From NCBI RefSeq assembly GCF_036971445.1, contig NC_091478.1, positions 68,882,001-68,946,000 on the forward strand: a stretch of DNA of 64,000 nucleotides, written 5' to 3'. The notes beneath the pieces were generated by a model. The model was not told the DNA's origin. It was given only the letters and a program-made list of their open reading frames with translations, and searched no databases. The position numbers and the translations under genes are program-made. The DNA is from Narcine bancroftii (lineage: Eukaryota). The stretch's first letter is position 1. The number at the start of each line of letters is the position of its first letter. Shown piece after piece: positions 60,126 to 64,000 of the stretch.

Positions 60126-60761
60126 CTGTTGTAAATAGATGCAAATCATATGAAATGCTAATTTCTGATGACATAACATGTAATATAGACACCAAAATCA
60201 TTTACCTTTCAGTCATTCTATTTATTCTTTCTGATATAAATGAAAAGATACAAATGGAAAGCCCAGTATGTATTACATAGAGTAGAAAATCAAGTAGAGT
60301 AAAAGAATGGAAAGTACAGGCATCTTTTTATCCTATTTTTATAATGGAAGCTGATCACGTGAATCTGCTTCACTAGTACTGTAGGAGAATGCAAACTTGT
60401 CATCCAGAAATGCATGACTCTGAAAATCAGAAATGAGCAGGCTCATTTATAATCATACAAAATTTCTCTTTTATCAACTGAGGAATTAAAATACAAGAAA
60501 ATTAAGGTCTAGTAGAATCATATACAACAGTAGTTAGGCTACAGCTTAACTACTGTATTGGGCTTGAGTATTACAAATGATTTGTACTGCAGTGAGATGG
60601 TGAGGATTGACCAAAAAAATTGAAGTATGAAAACAGGGTGGATATGAAGGGGGCATAGATTCAAAGTAAATAGAAGTATTATAGGGATGAGGAAGAATAC
60701 AGTACAGCTGTACAAGAAAAAGGCCTCACATTAATAAAAGTACTAGTTATGGTAATATGTA

Positions 60762-61000
60762 TGGTTAGCATAGCGGCTAGTGCAACAGTTTCCACAATGC
60801 TATTACAACACCAGCAACCCAGGATTGAATTCAGCACTGACTGTAAGGAGTTCGTACGTTCCCCCAGTGTCTGCATGGGTAGGTTTTTTCTCACCCTTCA
60901 AAGTGTATGGGAATTATAAATTCATTGGTGTATTGAGGGAGGGGGGGGGGACAGAGGCTCCTGGGCTAGAAGGGCCTGTTACTGTGCTACATGTCTAAAT
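60762..61000 (+). mobile_element. tRNA-derived SINE (HE1/V-SINE-like)
   Basis: ggttagcatagcggctag (A-box-like), aggattgaattc (B-box-like), ctgtaaggagttcgtacgttcccc..gtgtctgcatgggt core. Confidence 0.6.
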
Positions 61001-61014
61001 TTGCTGTACTGATG

Positions 61015-61340
61015 ACGCTGCACCTGGAGTATTGTGTGCAGTTCTGGTCTCCTTACTTCAGAAAGGATATACTGATTTTGGAGGCAGAGCAGAAGAAGTT
61101 CACCAGGTTGATTTCAGAGATGAGGTAGACACAGGACTATACTTGCTGGAATTCAGAAGAATGAGAGGAAACCTTTATGAAAGGGATTGATAAGTTCGAG
61201 GTAAGAAAGTTGTTCCTCTTGGAGGTGAGATGAGAACTATTGACAATAACCTCAAGATTTAAGACGGATTTGAGGAGGAACAGCTTTTCTCAGCAAGTTG
61301 AGAATCTGTGGAATTCTCTGACCAAGGAAGCCCTACTTCT
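61015..61340 (+). mobile_element. CR1 3' fragment
   Basis: cacctggagtattgtgtgcagttctggtctcc (HLEYCVQFWSP). Confidence 0.8.
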
Positions 61341-64000
61341 CAATTTGTTGCTGGGTATTTTTGATGTCAAATATGTGATGTTTATATTTGGGACTATAAA
61401 CGATTACAGGGATCATCTCAAAAACACAAAGGGTTTGAACATACCAATATAAAATTGAAGTTAGAAATAACAATGAAAAAAAAACCCGGTAGATCCATAA
61501 ATATAAAGAAAACTGACTCATTTGACATCCATGATGCAGACAATGAGTATGGCTGAAGATCAAAATTTTATTTGAAAGAATGTACAGGAAATTAACGCGA
61601 GAAGTCATGATTGGTGCAGTTATTGAGCCACTCAATAATCATCCTGAGACAAAATTAAAATGTAGAGTTTGTATTATGCAGTGTTTACATACCAACAAAT
61701 TAATGCAATATAGAGGTTAGACTTGACATAAAAAATACATTTTCTTTTGCAGTACACAAAATTAACAGTAAACAGCATAAAAGGTCACAAAAATACAAAT
61801 ATACAAATCTAAAAGTTTAAATCTTTTTTCTAGAAAAAATGGTTACAAAAACACAACAAAATATAGATTAATGCTTTCAAGGATGTTGGTGGGAACGCAG
61901 TGATTCTAACATCAAGATATGACCAACACCTATGGAGTTGGAGCAATATTCCAATCCTGAGACTGAAGCTTTATTTATTGGCTTTTGCAAAACTTGCACT
62001 GACCATTTCTAAAACCATTGCAAAAATCACAGACCAAACCTTGCTTTCAAATACAAATTTACAAGCAAATTAAATGCTTATTATTTAAATAGTTTTGGAT
62101 AAGCTAATAAAAATTGTTAGGTTTCAGAATGCTCAAACACTTTCAAGCTTTCTACAATGATACCAGCAACTTGAATCTGTGTGAAACAAATGAAAATTGA
62201 TTACATTTACATGAGAATCTGACATTTGTGCCATCTCCCACCTTTTATTGTAAGTTAATACAAATTATAACAATTCCTATAATGTTCTGAAGCACAGTTA
62301 GTGGAATGAAAGTCTTCGGAGTACACACATTACTGTGTGGACGATAATTTGAAATTTAATACTATTGATATTAGTTTTGATACAGGTATTGATCAAATCC
62401 TACAACCAGAAAAGAGCACTTAATTTAATAACTGTTCACAACATCCATGAACACATTGTTAAAGCTACATTGTGAAATTTGGACTGAAAGGTATCACTAT
62501 CTGAATATTTGCGATATTAGCTGGGTAACAGCATGCATGACAAAAAATTCTACTTTTAAATAAAACCATGAATGCTCAGCAGTATACTTTTACACTTTGT
62601 CATAATGGTAGTAAAACATCCTGGGATGTGGTTGATTGAATGCATGCCTGCAATGGGCTGTGTGTGCATCTAATGCAAAGAGTATGACCGATGATGGAAG
62701 TCCAAAACTGAAACAAAAAGTATTGAAAGTGATCAGCAAGTCAGGCACCATCTATGGAATATTAATAATCTGACCAAATATCGACATGAAAGGAATCAAA
62801 ACATGCTGGAAAATGTGAGCAGGTCAGGCTACAAATGTGGAGCTTTTAGGCCGATGATCTTTCATCTGGTTCTGCCTGACCTGCTGAGGATTTTATGCGT
62901 TTCCTTTTTATTTACGGTTTCCAGCATCTTCAGTATTTTCTTTTTAAAATTTGTTTTTCTCCTCACAAAAGCTGCCTGACCTGGTAGTTCTTTCCATCTT
63001 TTTTTCTAAATTTTATTTCAATGAAATACAATCATTTCAATTGAAGATTAATTACAATCACAACAGTGTTTAAATTTACACTTAAACCACTGCTAATATT
63101 TGAAGACAGAAAATGTGTAAATCTGAGAAGATACTAATAGAATTCAGTTCTTGAAGTGATAACAGTGAGTAAAAAGCACAAATCTCAAACTTTGAGGAAC
63201 AAATACTAAGGCTGTTGGTCAACTGAAAAAACTAATGTTTGTATCAAATAAAAAATATTTATTCCTTCCTCTCCATCATAAGATATGTTACATTGTCTGC
63301 ATATATAGGTTGTCTCAGCCAATCACATTCCACAAGAATTGCAATAATTTAACCCTACTGCACTGAAGAAAGTATCAAGTTGATCAATATATTTTAATCT
63401 ATTTCACTTCTATGATTTACATAATTTTCCTTCTATCAACCTGCACAGACAAGTTTAAAAACTACAAAAATTAAAACCTGTCAGCATTCCTTCTGAGAAA
63501 CTTTAACCCAAAAATTAGTGTAGTGTTTTTATATTTTTTGCACTTAAAAAAACTCACGATTTACCAAGGTAAAAAAGTTTTACAAAGGGAACAAATGTAA
63601 TAAATTGCCTGTTATGATTCATTAGTTGATTCACTTAAACTGTTTTGAAAAGCTACATTTAATTCTTAGACCAAAGTTTAATGTTATAAATGTATGCATA
63701 AAACATTCTAAACAATACAAAATTTACTGCAAATGTCAGTAAACAATATAAACTTTGTATGGTTAGTTCGAGAATTCAGCAAGGTTCTCATCAAAATGGA
63801 CATTTAACTTCAAATGTGAATGCCAACCATCCTAACAAACTGGTCCCGACAGAAGGATGTATCAAAATTCCCAATATAGCGGGTTTAATAGGATTATCTC
63901 TTTATCAAATAGGCTGAAAGGAAACTTCCATGCATTAAAAATTTCCAGTAGCACAAACATGAACAACATTTGTCAAACATTAAAATACATTATACAGCCA

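Noticed and set aside
61500-64000. Possible 3'UTR of GALNS, the next minus-strand gene in human synteny
   Set aside because: AT-rich and TE-poor with tttatt motifs, but no coding exon is visible, so it cannot be supported from this window.

Overview
Vertebrate genomic DNA, not prokaryotic. The repeat content (CR1, Rex1/Babar, RTE, L1/Tx1, Buster-type hAT, PIF/Harbinger, tRNA-derived SINE) suggests a cartilaginous fish such as a ray; this is inference. Two intact genes can be assembled exon by exon with GT-AG sites and consistent phases. CDT1 (+) has 10 coding exons at 23566-39643 and encodes 664 aa. APRT (-) has 5 exons at 54989-41870 and encodes 181 aa. They lie tail-to-tail, as in human. 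Most of the remainder is nested transposable elements. I found no CRISPR array, rRNA or tRNA gene, and no clearly new multi-gene system. The most unusual signals are: (1) a decayed two-gene Harbinger transposon head-to-head with the CDT1 promoter that carries a ~180 bp copy of the CDT1 5'UTR and PIP-box codons, placed so that a transposase-strand transcript would be antisense to the CDT1 start; (2) two more short local inverted copies inside a hAT element; (3) an ORF1-only (HAL1-like) L1 with a perfect 15 bp TSD; (4) 5'-inverted, twin-priming-like RTE and Rex1 insertions; (5) a perfect 13x32 bp G4/CpG minisatellite beside the APRT exon 1 donor. Coordinates were read by eye, and TE boundaries without TSDs are approximate.
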